DNA from: Blepharisma stoltei ATCC 30299
Taxonomy: Eukaryota > Protista > Ciliophora
Length of the DNA stretch: 64,000 nt
NCBI GenBank assembly: GCA_965603825.1
Contig: CBFDEM010000030.1
Span: forward strand, 1-64,000
Direction: 5' to 3'
In this document: positions 1-13,900 of the stretch, piece after piece
Layout: every line of letters begins with the position of its first letter
Numbering within the stretch: position 1 is the stretch's first letter
Program-made: the position numbers and the translations under genes
Notes under the pieces: model-generated
What the model was told of the DNA's origin: nothing
The model's database searches: none
Seen by the model: only the letters and a program-made list of their open reading frames with translations

Positions 1-3000
1 AACACCCTAACACCCTAACACCCTAACACCCTAACACCCTAACACCCTAACACCCTAACACCCTAGACACCCTAACACCCTAACACCCTAACACCCTAAC
101 ACCCTAACACCCTAACACCCTAACACCCTAACACCCTAACACCCTAACACCCTAACACCCTAACACCCCTAACACCCTAACACCCTAACACCCTAACACC
201 CTAACACCCTAACACCCTAACACCCTAACACCCTAACACCCTAACACCCTAACACCCTAACACCCTAACACCCTAACACCCTAACACCCTAACACCCTAA
301 CACCCTAACACCCTAACACCCTAACACCCTAACACCCTAACACCCTAACACCCTAACACCCTAACACCCTAACACCCTAACACCCTAACACCCTAACACC
401 CTAACACCCTAACACCCTAACACCCTAACACCCTAACACCCTAACACCCTAACACCCTAACACCCTAACACCCTAACACCCTAACACCCTAACACCCTAA
501 CACCCTAACACCCTAACACCCTAACACCCTAACACCCTAACACCCTAACACCCTAACACCCTAACACCCTAACACCCTAACACCCTAACACCCTAACACC
601 CTAACACCCTAACACCCTAACACCCTAACACCCTAACACCCTAACACCCTAACACCCTAACACCCTAACACCCTAACACCCTAACACCCTAACACCCTAA
701 CACCCTAACACCCTAACACCCTAACACCCTAACACCCTAACACCCTAACACCCTAACACCCTAACACCCTAACACCCTAACACCCTAACACCCTAACACC
801 CTAACACCCTAACACCCTAACACCCTAACACCCTAACACCCTAACACCCTAACACCCTAACACCCTAACACCCTAACACCCTAACACCCTAACACCCTAA
901 CACCCTAACACCCTAACACCCTAACACCCTAACACCCTAACACCCTAACACCCTAACACCCTAACACCCTAACACCCTAACACCCTAACACCCTAACACC
1001 CTAACACCCTAACACCCTAACACCCTAACACCCTAACACCCTAACACCCTAACACCCTAACACCCTAACACCCTAACACCCTAACACCCTAACACCCTAA
1101 CACCCTAACACCCTAACACCCTAACACCCTAACACCCTAACACCCTAACACCCTAACACCCTAACACCCTAACACCCTAACACCCTAACACCCTAACACC
1201 CTAACACCCTAACACCCTAACACCCTAACACCCTAACACCCTAACACCCTAACACCCTAACACCCTAACACCCTAACACCCTAACACCCTAACACCCTAA
1301 CACCCTAACACCCTAACACCCTAACACCCTAACACCCTAACACCCTAACACCCTAACACCCTAACACCCTAACACCCTAACACCCTAACACCCTAACACC
1401 CTAACACCCTAACACCCTAACACCCTAACACCCTAACACCCTAACACCCTAACACCCTAACACCCTAACACCCTAACACCCTAACACCCTAACACCCTAA
1501 CACCCTAACACCCTAACACCCTAACACCCTAACACCCTAACACCCTAACACCCTAACACCCTAACACCCTAACACCCTAACCCTACACCCTAACACCCTA
1601 ACACCCTAACACCCTAACACCCTAACACCCTAACACCCTAACACCCTAACACCCTAACACCCTAACACCCTAACACCCTAACACCCTAACACCCTAACAC
1701 CCTAACACCCTAACACCCTAACACCCTAACACCCTAACACCCTAACACCCTAACACCCTAACACCCTAACACCCTAACACCCTAACACCCTAACACCCTA
1801 ACACCCTAACACCCTAACACCCTAACACCCTAACACCCTAACACCCTAACACCCTAACACCCTAACACCCTAACACCCTAACACCCTAACACCCTAACAC
1901 CCTAACACCCTAACACCCTAACACCCTAACACCCTAACACCCTAACACCCTAACACCCTAACACCCTAACACCCTAACACCCTAACACCCTAACACCCTA
2001 ACACCCTAACACCCTAACACCCTAACACCCTAACACCCTAACACCCTAACACCCTAACACCCTAACACCCTAACACCCTAACACCCTAACACCCTAACAC
2101 CCTAACACCCTAACACCCTAACACCCTAACACCCTAACACCCTAACACCCTAACACCCTAACACCCTAACACCCTAACACCCTAACACCCTAACACCCTA
2201 ACACCCTAACACCCTAACACCCTAACACCCTAACACCCTAACACCCTAACACCCTAACACCCTAACACCCTAACACCCTAACACCCTAACACCCTAACAC
2301 CCTAACACCCTAACACCCTAACACCCTAACACCCTAACACCCTAACACCCTAACACCCTAACACCCTAACACCCTAACACCCTAACACCCTAACACCCTA
2401 ACACCCTAACACCCTAACACCCTAACACCCTAACACCCTAACACCCTAACACCCTAACACCCTAACACCCTAACACCCTAACACCCTAACACCCTAACAC
2501 CCTAACACCCTAACACCCTAACACCCTAACACCCTAACACCCTAACACCCTAACACCCTAACACCCTAACACCCTAACACCCTAACACCCTAACACCCTA
2601 ACACCCTAACACCCTAACACCCTAACACCCTAACACCCTAACACCCTAACACCCTAACACCCTAACACCCTAACACCCTAACACCCTAACACCCTAACAC
2701 CCTAACACCCTAACACCCTAACACCCTAACACCCTAACACCCTAACACCCTAACACCCTAACACCCTAACACCCTAACACCCTAACACCCTAACACCCTA
2801 ACACCCTAACACCCTAACACCCTAACACCCTAACACCCTAACACCCTAACACCCTAACACCCTAACACCCTAACACCCTAACACCCTAACACCCTAACAC
2901 CCTAACACCCTAACACCCTAACACCCTAACACCCTAACACCCTAACACCCTAACACCCTAACACCCTAACACCCTAACACCCTAACACCCTAACACCCTA

Positions 3001-3147
3001 ACACCCTAACACCCTAACACCCTAACACCCTAACACCCTAACACCCTAACACCCTAACACCCTAACACCCTAACACCCTAACACCCTAACACCCTAACAC
3101 CCTAACACCCTAACACCCTAACACCCTAACACCCTAACACCCTAACA
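1..3147 (+). repeat. Telomeric repeat array (CCCTAACA)n, chromosome end
   Basis: Near-perfect tandem 8-mer CCCTAACA from base 1 to about 3147; this is the known heterotrich (Stentor/Blepharisma) telomere unit. Variant units at ~61-69, ~166-170 and ~1575-1587. Confidence 0.98.
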
Positions 3148-4821
3148 CTCCTTCTAATATTTCAAAAAGATATGAAAAAAGCTGAACTAATTTAATTATT
3201 TATAACACTGAATCTAATACCCAAGAAGAAATCAAAACCTTTCAGATTCCAGAGCAACTAGACTTCGAAACTTGCATAACTCAACTTCCAAATGGCAAGC
3301 TATTCTGTTATGGCAAATCTGATCCGATTTCTGGAATTACAGTACTGATTGATGTGAATGGTGGAGTCGAAGTTCTGCCATCTGGAACTCCTTGCCTTTT
3401 CTCATCATGTATCTATTTCAACAACAGTGTTTATTGCTTTGGAGGATTTAAAAAAAAGATTTTAAATCTTTCCTGCAGATTTGATTTGGATCGAAACCAA
3501 TGAATTAAATTAACTCCAATGCCGAAACATGATTATATGTGCAGTACTATAATATTTAATGGAAATATTGTGATTTCGGGAAAGGAAAATAAAAAGATTT
3601 TGCAATATTCAATTGGTAATGAATCTTTTTCGGCAATTCCTTATTGCTTTGTAGAGAATAAAATAAAGATTCTGATAAGCACAGACAGACTATATGTGAT
3701 TGAATGCCCTGGATCAATCTGTGAAAGCGAAATTGGAAATTGCTTGAAATGGAAACGAATAGGAGATCAACAATCAATTACGATCCTATTCAAGTGTATT
3801 GTTCATATAATAAAGGAGGAATATACATCTCAAGTCATTCTGAATTGGCTAAAGAATATTATTATTTTGATTTAAATCAAAAAACCATTATTGATATTGC
3901 TCACATTAATGGGCATGCCTCACTTAGAAGAGCAGGTCAAAAGATTGAAGTAGTAAAATACAGTAACCAGAATTTTAAGCTCGATCCTCATTTTCTGGAT
4001 GAATGAAATCTAATGGCAATACTCTAAAAGAATTAGGAAAAATTCTATGAACAATCGAAAGCTTAGACGAAGCAATCAAAGACAACCCAAACAATGTTGA
4101 TTTATACAATGAAAAATGCAAAATTTTTTGTGGAATAAAAAGATATCAAGAAGCAATAGAATGCTATGACGAAGCAATCAAACTCAACCCAAACAATGCT
4201 AAAATTCACGATAATAAAGGCCTCGTTTTTCATAGTTTACAAAGATATTTAGAAGCAATCGAATGCTATGATGAAGCAATTAAAATCAATCCAAATAACG
4301 CGACTTTATACGATAAAAAAGGCATCGCTTTTACTAATTTAAGAAGATATCCAGAAGCAATCGAATGCTTTGACGAAGCAATCAAACTTAATCTAAGAAA
4401 TAGTAATATTTACTTAAAGAAAGGATATCTTTTAAATGAATTAGGAAGATATCAAGAAGCATTAGAAAGCTATGATGAAGCAATTAAAATCAATCCAAAT
4501 AACGACAAGCTTTATAATTATAAAGCAGACATTCTTATTGTTTTAGAGAGATATCAAGAAGTAATACCATGCTATACTATGGCAATCAAAATTATACCCA
4601 ATAATCCTTTGTATATATGCAAACGAGCTAAAGCATTTTATAATCTCAGACAAGAAGCAAGGGCTTTGGAAGACTTTAATAGGGCTTATAGTTTAAAGCA
4701 AGAAAAGCAAGGTAGTGTTTTCACTAAAAATGAATGAAAACTTTCAGAAAATGAGATCAATTTTATTAATGACTTATTAGGCCGAGAGCGTATTGAACTA
4801 CTCCAAAAAATGCAGATTTAG
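3148..4821 (+). pseudogene. 5'-truncated, frameshifted Kelch-like beta-propeller + TPR-repeat gene
   Basis: Frame is open from the telomere junction with no ATG before the Kelch-like motifs (QLPNGKLFCYG, VYCFGG, RFDLDRNQW[TGA]IKLTPMP). Apparent 1-nt deletions at ~3765 and ~4012. About 5-6 TPR repeats follow (RYQEAIECYDEAIKLNPNN), ending at TAG 4819-4821. Confidence 0.75.
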
Positions 4822-5291
4822 AATAAAATTAGTTCTAATAAGCCTTCTTTATAATATTATATAGAGCATATGCAATGTTTTTATTTGAATACAACCTTGA
4901 AGCTGAATATGCAAGCCCATACCTCTCTTCTTAAACTTTATCTTATGACTGCAATTAAGTTTATCTTATTAATAGTAGTCAAAGCCTATCATCTTATCTC
5001 ATCTCATCTCTTTTCTTTTTTGCTATGCTTATGACCAATCAAATTTGCCTGTTTATTGAAAGAAGATGTGCAATAACTTTTGATACTTTAGAAGAATTAA
5101 ATTATTAAGTGTGCATTAATCAATTTCAAAATGGGAATTATTTTATTTTGATAGCTATATAACTCCAATAGTTATTGATAGTAATTATAACATTTGCAGC
5201 ACTATCTAAATATAAAAACATTAATATTATTTTTATCTTCAATTAACTCGAATACATGAAAAGCTAATTTTTTAAAATGGAGAGAATAACC

Positions 5292-5525
5292 CTATAAAGT
5301 AGGACTCATTATTTTACTATTAAAAACCAAATGGAAAAATGATCCGCTTTGAACATTGTAACTTGCAAGTGTTCCTATGTTTTCTAATATTTTTCCCGCA
5401 AAAATAAGTCTTTGTTTATTAATAGAGATGCGCTTGAGGTTTTTAAGCTTAGTTTTGACATCATAAACAGTATCTGAAGAATTAACATCAAGCACAAGTG
5501 TTTCGCCCTCCAAGGTCTTAGCCAT
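5292..5525 (-). CDS. Divergent ubiquitin-like protein lacking C-terminal di-Gly (possibly a pseudogene)
   Basis: KTLEGETLVLDVNSSDTVYDVKTKL...QRLIFAGKILE..TLASYNVQ..FHLV aligns with ubiquitin by eye. The MQIFV start and LRGG end are missing. Confidence 0.6.
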   Translation of the reverse strand: MAKTLEGETLVLDVNSSDTVYDVKTKLKNLKRISINKQRLIFAGKILENIGTLASYNVQSGSFFHLVFNSKIMSPTL

Positions 5526-5599
5526 CGAAGCTCACGAAGAAATAAAGGATAATAATATCTACGCACCAATCAAAAAGATATAAAGTGATGACGAAACTC

Positions 5600-6210
5600 A
5601 AAAATTAACTTCCAAGATAAGCAAAGAATTTAGTCTATATCAGTAATGCCCATTGGATAGCTTCACTCAAATTGCAAAAAAAATTGAATTAGTAGAAAAA
5701 CTGTAGCTAAAATATTGCGAGAGTGAAACGATTTCCAGTCTCATCAAGAAGATAAAAGAGGGAGAAAAATATAAATATATTCTAATAAAGCAATGCAACT
5801 ATTAAAAACTATTAAGACTGAGATCCTACTCTTTCAGTTTCAGAAAAAATAAAAATAGCAAATGAAGCAGATAATACTTTTAATTTCTTAGTCAACCAAG
5901 TTTATTATTTTATGAAAAAGAATGGTTATAGTTATAAAAGATGCAGAGTTCATCCATAAAAAGAAAGTTTAGATTAAGCAAAACTAAAAGACTGGTCTTG
6001 CCATGAAGTTTTAGATTTAGTTGAAAGCAATAAAGACATTATTAATATTGATTAATTTTATACAGTCAATGAATCCTGATTTCAGAATTCTACGAGACCA
6101 TAGATTTATATCGAGGCCTTATGATGACAGTAATTTTTAACGCCCCTTATACTCCAAAATTTGCTTTTATCGAAAGAGTGGCCAGCTAATCAAGCATAAA
6201 TTCAAAATTA
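5600..6210 (+). pseudogene. Degenerate Tc1/IS630-family (DDE_3) transposase relic
   Basis: Manual translation gives HTH-like RKTVAKILREW...DKRGRK, then FMKKNGYSYKRCRVHP*, IINID* and VIFNAPYTPKFAFIERV. These match the GYSMKR / ISIDE / NAPMTPQLNPIE motifs of the intact transposase at 55986-57638. Multiple TAA stops, frameshifts and an internal deletion. Confidence 0.75.
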
Positions 6211-7963
6211 ATTCAGAAAAAAATCTCTTGAAACGGCTTAAACAATCAAAATGAGGTTCAAATAAAAATTTCAATTAAATCGATTAAAAAAAATAATAAT
6301 TTTCATATAATTGTCAGCTCAAATATTACTATAAATACTATCTATGCACTATAAACAGCATGAAAGCATAAGAAATAATCTTAAACTGTTATCTCATAAA
6401 AATTGTTTAAAGCTAAATGTTAATATACTCTTAAAAAAAGGAAATAATATCTTTACTTATTAGAAAATATTTGAAATAAAAGCAATACATTTTTAATTAA
6501 GCTAATTTATGATATATATTTTATTCAATTATTTAAAGATTGGGTGCTTTCTTGTTTAAAGTCTTTACCCAATACAATCTTCAAAATTTTTGTCTGCTGT
6601 GGGTGAACCATCCTGATTAACCAGAGCTTGAACTCTTAAATTTTAATCAATCAAATATTTAATAACGTTTAATAATGTCTTAATTAAATCATTTTCAAAA
6701 TCTTAGAAGATAGATACTGCAAGTTTGACTATGATTAAGTTACCATAAGCGATATAGCCACAATGGCAAGCTCCTGCCAAAAAGCTTGAGCTTTTCCTTA
6801 GCGCAAGAGCACTATATAGGATGAATGCAAAAAATAATCACTTGGAAACTTAAATTGGCTGGATCGGAGCACAGAATACAAAGAAGATTTATATTTGTAT
6901 ATCTGTTAGATATGTATTTTGCTTTACAAGCCAAGCTTATCGTGGCAACTGCATAAGTGATTTACTTAGAATTTGTAAGAATTCATAAATTATTCCTAAG
7001 ATTTTATTGCTGTTTATATAGCATCTCTCTTTTTATTAATAAAGCAATCGCATTTCATTCAATACTCCAAAAACAAAAAATAAAGCTTCAAGCACAATTA
7101 CTTTCAGAAAGATTCTAACAAATACTAATTCGCCAGCTAAATTTCTAATTTTGCAGGCTGCATACATTATTTCTCTATGTAATCACGCTTGCACTTGCCT
7201 CATCCTACATGGCCGAAGAGAGGCAATGATGATTTTAAGCTGACCATGCATCTGAATCTTCCACAATCTTTAACTTTGCAAAGTTGCATACTTTGGATCT
7301 TTGACGCATCCCTAAACAAACTACCACTACTATTTTTTTGTACAAAGTGCGAATAACGACCAAAAAATGTGCATTTTCATCGATTTTGATCAAAAGAATG
7401 TAAAAAATGATTACCTCCCTCTGTGTGATAAAGAAAATTTTTTGACCGCACCGAGAGGAAGTTAGAGTCTAATTTTAATTATAAAATTATGAGAACAGCA
7501 AAAAATTCTTAAAATCTTGAAAATTTGTCAGAATGCGTGCATTTCCTATTCACCATTGTCGCCAGGAGTCTTAATGTCAGGGCAGACAAAAATTAAAAAT
7601 ATTTAACATTTTTTTTTATTTTGAGAACGGTCTTCATTTTTCTTTAAGAATAATAAAATTCCATAAGAAAACAAAATACATGCACTGATTGACAAATAGC
7701 ATTGCTAATTTTATAATGAATTTCACAAATAAATTTCATTTAAGTCTCTGGAGACCTCATATATTATATCCCCATCCTCCCAAAAGTATTTATTTGATGT
7801 TTTTTAACTCTCAATTTCCTATTAAATATGTATCATTATAAAATCTATAATGACTTGGCACCTGAACACCCCATCACCTCATATCTATTTGTTAATTCTT
7901 GATAGGTGAAGTGCCAAAAAGAAAATGCACAATGCATATTAATTAATTTATAAAATTAGCATT

Positions 7964-10900
7964 ATGAACATCAATCTAATTTTAGCTATCCTTATGCCCT
8001 CATTTTCACTCATGGTGAATTTTTTATGCAATCCTTCTCTCTGCCCTCCTTCATCAGTAAATTTAATGTAGAGAGGTGACCAAATCTGTAACCCAAACTG
8101 CATGCTTTCCTATTGCAATTATGACTCAAGCTCTTCAATAAACCCAAAACTGAATCCTGAAAAATCTGATTGCTATAAGTCTTGCACCGAAAATTTCGCT
8201 TGCTTACCTTCAAGTCTTGGAAATGGGATTTGTGATCAAAATTGCAATAACCCCACATGTGGTTACGACTTTGGAGATTGCGGGTATTGCTCTTCTTCAT
8301 GTAAGCTGTTATATAGGTTTCCAAACCGATTTATACTCAAGCTGCTCTCAATCTTGTAATAACCAAAATTGCTATTATAATCTTGGATCTTGTGCAGATT
8401 GCTCCCCAGGATGCTATGGCTCTATGCTTGGAGATGGAAATTGTGACTCAAAGTGCAATGTTTCCTCCTGCAATTATGATTTTGGAGATTGCACTGCTAA
8501 TGAATGCAGCTCTGGCTGCAAGCTTTGAATGATTGGGGACAATAATTGTAATGAAGAGTGCTATAATGAATCTTGCAATTGAGACGGAGAAGATTGCGAT
8601 TGCTCTGAAGGCTGTCATTCTTATATGAAATCTAACGGAACTTGTGACGAAATTTGCAATACTCCAGAATGCGATTATGATGGAGGCGACTGCGGCAACT
8701 GCGCTAGTGGATGTTGAGAATCTATGCTTGGAGATGGGCACTGCGATGCTCCTTGCAATGTAAGTAGCTGCTCTTATGATAATTACGATTGTGGATGTGC
8801 TAATGGGTGTACAAAAGAAAGTTATGGACAATGCAAAGATGCATGCATGACTGCTTATTGTAAATATGACACAATAAATGAAAATTCTAAATGCCAAGAC
8901 CAAAATTTGAGTTTATTTTCTTTACATTATACGCTTATTAATAAAAACATTACTTTAAATGCGAGTGTGCAAAACTGCACAAGCATTACAAACTGTACTT
9001 CCAGCGAAGCCCTTGACACAGAAAACTGCTATGATACTTGCAATAGCCAAAACTGCATCTATTCTTGAAATCAGTGCTCTGCCAATACTTGTGCAGATTC
9101 CAACTGCTTATCTTGCTATTCTAAAGCTGTTGGGAGTTGCTTTAAGTGCAAATCTAATATGAATCAATTTTATGGGTACTGTCTTAGTTATTGTCCTGCT
9201 GGATACGAATCTATTCAGTTGTTTGAAAGCTATAAGATTTGCTCCATAATCCCAGACCGTTCAACCAAGAAGAATCCTGCAATATATTATGTGACTTCAG
9301 TGCTGAACAACGTTACCAATGGAGGAAACGGAACTTATTCAAACCCATTCACAACTCTTTCTATAGCTTTAGCCTCAATATATACAAAATATTCAATTAT
9401 TTATCTATTGGATGACGGACAGCATTATTTGTATTGCATTGGCGCAGTTAATCCCCTGCTAACTTTGCTTCCTGATAGCTGCAACCCTTTAATTAGAAAT
9501 TTCAATCTAACTGAGCTTCTTATTGCTCCATATAGCAATTCCTCAATTGTTTTAAAAACAAAGCCAGGTTTTAAAATCCTGACATTTACAGTAACAAATA
9601 CTACAACTTTAACACTAAAAAACATTAGTTTTAGCGGAAAGGAGATCTTATCTACCTGTCCACCAGACAACCAATATTGCACATACTGTGCCAACATAAC
9701 TTTGGGAACTGATGGAAATTATTATAGCGATCAAGGCACAAAAGTTACTACTTTTTTGACCTCAGCAACTTGTGCTACTTTTCACACAAAAAATTTATTT
9801 TATTTATACTTAGGTGCCCAATTATATTTAGAAAATGTGAACATATCTAACTGGAGGATGGAATTTAACTCTATAATATCTAGCTTCGGAGGAAACGTGA
9901 CTCTCAATAAGGTGAATTTTGATAACATTCGGTGCATGTATGGAAGTTCAAATAGTTATCAGAAGAAATACTCAGTGATATATTTCCAGGACTGTGGAGA
10001 CCCAAACTATAACTGTGGAAGCTTTAGCTATACAAGCGGCGTTATTACAAGAATTAACAATGGCTATGAATATGGATATGCTACGTTTTCGGCATTTTTC
10101 ACTGCTGATAGAATAAGAAAGGCAAGTTTTAAAAATTTGAATTTTACCAATAATATTGCTTATTTTCTATCGACTTCCAAGGACAGCTACAGCAATGCAT
10201 ATAACTCAAACCCTTTAATCAAGTTAACGATATTTCGAATTTTAGAAGTTAGCAATTGCATCTTTCTTAATAACGCTGCGAATTCAAGCCTTATTTACCT
10301 GTATCCAAGATACCTTAGTTATCGAAGTGATGTAAACTCATTTAAAGAATTAATTGATTTGCTACCTTATCATGTATGAATTCATGATTCAATTTTTGAA
10401 AGCAATTATGCTGATTATGGTATGATTGTAGCTTCTTATCAAAACCAACTGCAAAGGATCCTACTAGAAAACATCACCATGACCAATAATGGGGTGACTT
10501 CAGGACCTTTAATATCATTCAGCAATACTAAGTATTCATCTGATTATCTGGCAGACACAATCTTCAGCATAACGAGTAGTGATGGAAATCTGGTTAATGC
10601 TCTTTTTAAAAAGAGAGAGTTCATCTTAAGGGATTCTGTTTTCAAAAATAATTATATTGGTGGAAATGGAATATACGATATCAGCCAGCTATTCAATGTG
10701 AATATCCATAACTTGACTATAGAATCCAACGGAAGCAGAGATTTACAAAATATTAATACAGTTTTGTGAAGCAAGTACGTGGCTGACGACTCTGTATACA
10801 TGAATAAGCTCGTAAGCACTCCAAATAATATAGATTGCCTAGCCCTTTCATCTGCGACATCTTGCTATAATTATAAAATCTCTGATAGCAGTTTCAATGA

Positions 10901-13900
10901 GAATTTTTGTAATAACTCGAGCCCTTCTATAAATTTTATACAAACTCAGAACACCACCGTTACAAACTGCAGTTTTGAAGGCAATATTGGCTCGTCTCTT
11001 ATGGGGATATGCATCCAGTCGACTGGCTCGAACAAAATGAAAATAAAAAGTTCAACTTTCACATATAACATTAATAATAACACTGAAGGAGTTGGGGTAA
11101 TGAGTTTCAATGGAAGTCTACAAAATGTTACAATTGACGATACTTTGATGTCAGATAATTATGCTATCCATGGAACAGGAGTTTATTTTCAAGGTTTGAG
11201 CTTAGTTTTAAGCGACATGATATTTGACTCAAACATTGCCTGCTCAGGACTTGGAGCCGTCTACTTTTCACCTTATACTGGAGCTAATACTTATTTCTTG
11301 AAAGTTTATAATTCCACCTTTAAGAAAAATAAAAGTCTAGATGCAAAAGGGGGAGCTATTTATTTGAACAGCCTATTGCAAACACAAGTGCTTTTCAATT
11401 TAACTATAAAGAACTCTTCCTTCATATCCAATTCAGCTCAAAGTGGATCCGCATTATACATTGAAAACAGTGTTTCTTTAACAAAGGATTCAGTAATAGA
11501 TTCTTGCAAATTCTCTCAAAATAACGCAGAAGTTAAAGGCACTATTGGGAATTTTTTTGAAAGCGGGATTCTGACCATTTCTCACTCCTCATTCATCTCT
11601 AATTATGCTGGGCTAGGATCTGCTCTGTTTTTTTCGCCTGGATTAGAAACAAGTGCTAGTGAATCAAAAATGATGATCGTTTCCAGCAATTTTACTAATA
11701 ATTCAGGGAAATATGTGATATGCACTGACGATATGGCAATTTACTCTTATATTGAAACAGTTGGCTGCCTTTTTGAAGATAACGAAGGGCCAGTCCTTTA
11801 TCTGATACATGATCACTGGAAAGATACTAAATCAACCATTTCGAGATCATTCAACTCTTCAGAGCACTCAGGAGGAGCTCTACATTTAACCTCAAACTCA
11901 ACAGCCAGCTGTGAGTCAACCTTTTTTTTCAACAATACGTCAAGCAATTTTGCAGGTGCAATAAGGGCTGAAGGACGCTCCAGCTTTTATTGTAGCAGCT
12001 GCATATTTAGTAAAAACACTGCCCAGTATGGGGGAGTGCTTTATTTTGATCAAGAGTCTTTTTTTAATGTTGATAAATCTTCATTCAGCGAAAATTGCTG
12101 CTCTGAAAAGGGTTCAGCCATTTATGTGGTAGGCTCTTCTCAATCCAGCTCTTTAAGTAACTCCAAGCTTTTCAAAAACCATGCAGCAGCTGAAGGATTA
12201 ATTGCTTTGCTGACGTCAAAAATTGACATTGATGATAGCGAGTTTTTTGATAACACTGCAGATGGGATTACTCCAGGCATCTACTCCACACTTTCTAAAG
12301 TAAATGTGACGAATTGTAAGTTTAGCGACCAGACAGGTAACTATGGAAGTTTTGTTTACTTAGCTTCAGACAGCGAAATAAGAATTGAGAGCTCATCTTT
12401 CATGAATGGGATATCTTTGGTATCAGGTGGATCTATCTCTTCACTTTCAAGCTCAATAAATGTCATTGACAGTGTTTTCCAAAACTCAACTTCTGCATCT
12501 GGAAACGCTATAATGGGTTTTTCAACAGTTTTGAGTGTTTCTGGAAGCAAATTTTTAGATTCCTATAGTTCAGGAGATGGAGCAGTTATAGATATTTATG
12601 ATAGTAAAATCTTCATTGAAAAATCCTATTTCGAAAATTTCTCTTATACTGCCATTGGCGGGATAAAAATAAAATCTGTGGGCATTACAGGGAGCAGCTT
12701 TATCAACGGGAAGGGTAAGACAGGAGGAGCATTAAGCTTCACAGCTACTGAATCCATAAATATTGCTTCATGCACTTTTAGCAACAATACAGCAGTCCTA
12801 GGAGGAGCTTTATATTTTATTTATTCTTCTGACTCAGTCAATAAGCAAACTTACAGTATATCTTCAACTGAATTTTCGAACAACACCTCTTCTTGTGGAG
12901 GAGCTATCTATGTGGATAATGTGAATATAGATATCAATTCGTGCAAGTTTACCGAAAATTCAGTATATTCAGCATCCCAGTCCACAGGTCTGCATACATC
13001 AGGAATAGGAGGTGCACTAAACTTAGCATGCAGTTCCTCAGGGTCATGCAATTTTAATATTGGCTCAAACATTTTTTCAGAAAACAAAGCTGTTTATGAT
13101 GGAGGGGCAGTCTGTTGGAGGGATAAAATGCCTGTTCTTGATAGCAATACTTTCAGCAATAATGAAGCTGCTTATGGAGGTGATATTGCTTCTTATCCTG
13201 TAAATATTATCACTCTCAATCCAAACACAATTGAAGGATTGAAAGGGCTAGCATCTGGACAGCTCACAACGACTCCACTAATCCTTGCGCTTGTAGACCA
13301 TCTGAATCAAGTAGTGATCACAGATAACTATAGCCAGGCTGAGCTAATTTCACGTTCTAAAGATGTAACTCTGTCAGGAAATATCAAGGTAACTGCAGTC
13401 AATGGAGTTTTCAATTTCTCGTCATTTCTCATTTCTGCTGAACCAGGAAGTAATGTTTCAATTAAAGTGCACACTGACGGGGTGGACTCGTCCAAAAGTG
13501 TCAAAGCCAATGATGGGCTGACTTATAATTCAAGTTTGCTAGTAAGTGTGTCTTTAAGAGAGTGCGCACTAGGAGAAGCAACTATTGGCATTAATTGTGT
13601 TGTTTGTCCAGAAGGATATTACAGCTTGAAGCCAAAAAGCAACCAATGTTTGAACTGCCCAGACTCTGCAATCTGCTATGGAAATTATACGATTGTGCCG
13701 AAGAAAGGATATTGAAGATGTGGCATGCTTAGTGACAAATTTTGAAGTTGCTCTAATTCAGATGCCTGCATAGGCTCTGATCCTTATAAAATCTCTTATA
13801 CAGGAGAATGCGCCACCGGATATACTGGAAATTTGTGCCAGAACTGCGAAAAAGGCTACTCCAAGCAAGCTAAAGATCACTGCATTAAGTGCGATGGAGC

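Noticed and set aside
1-3147. CRISPR array or satellite
   Set aside because: No spacers; it is a terminal 8-bp telomeric repeat.
3755-4030. Euplotes-style programmed +1 frameshifting
   Set aside because: The shifts are -1, lack an AAA-stop motif at the shift sites, and lie in a truncated subtelomeric gene.
7210-7310. IS1595/Merlin-like 'SDAWSA' motif on the minus strand
   Set aside because: A six-residue resemblance with no supporting flanking motifs.
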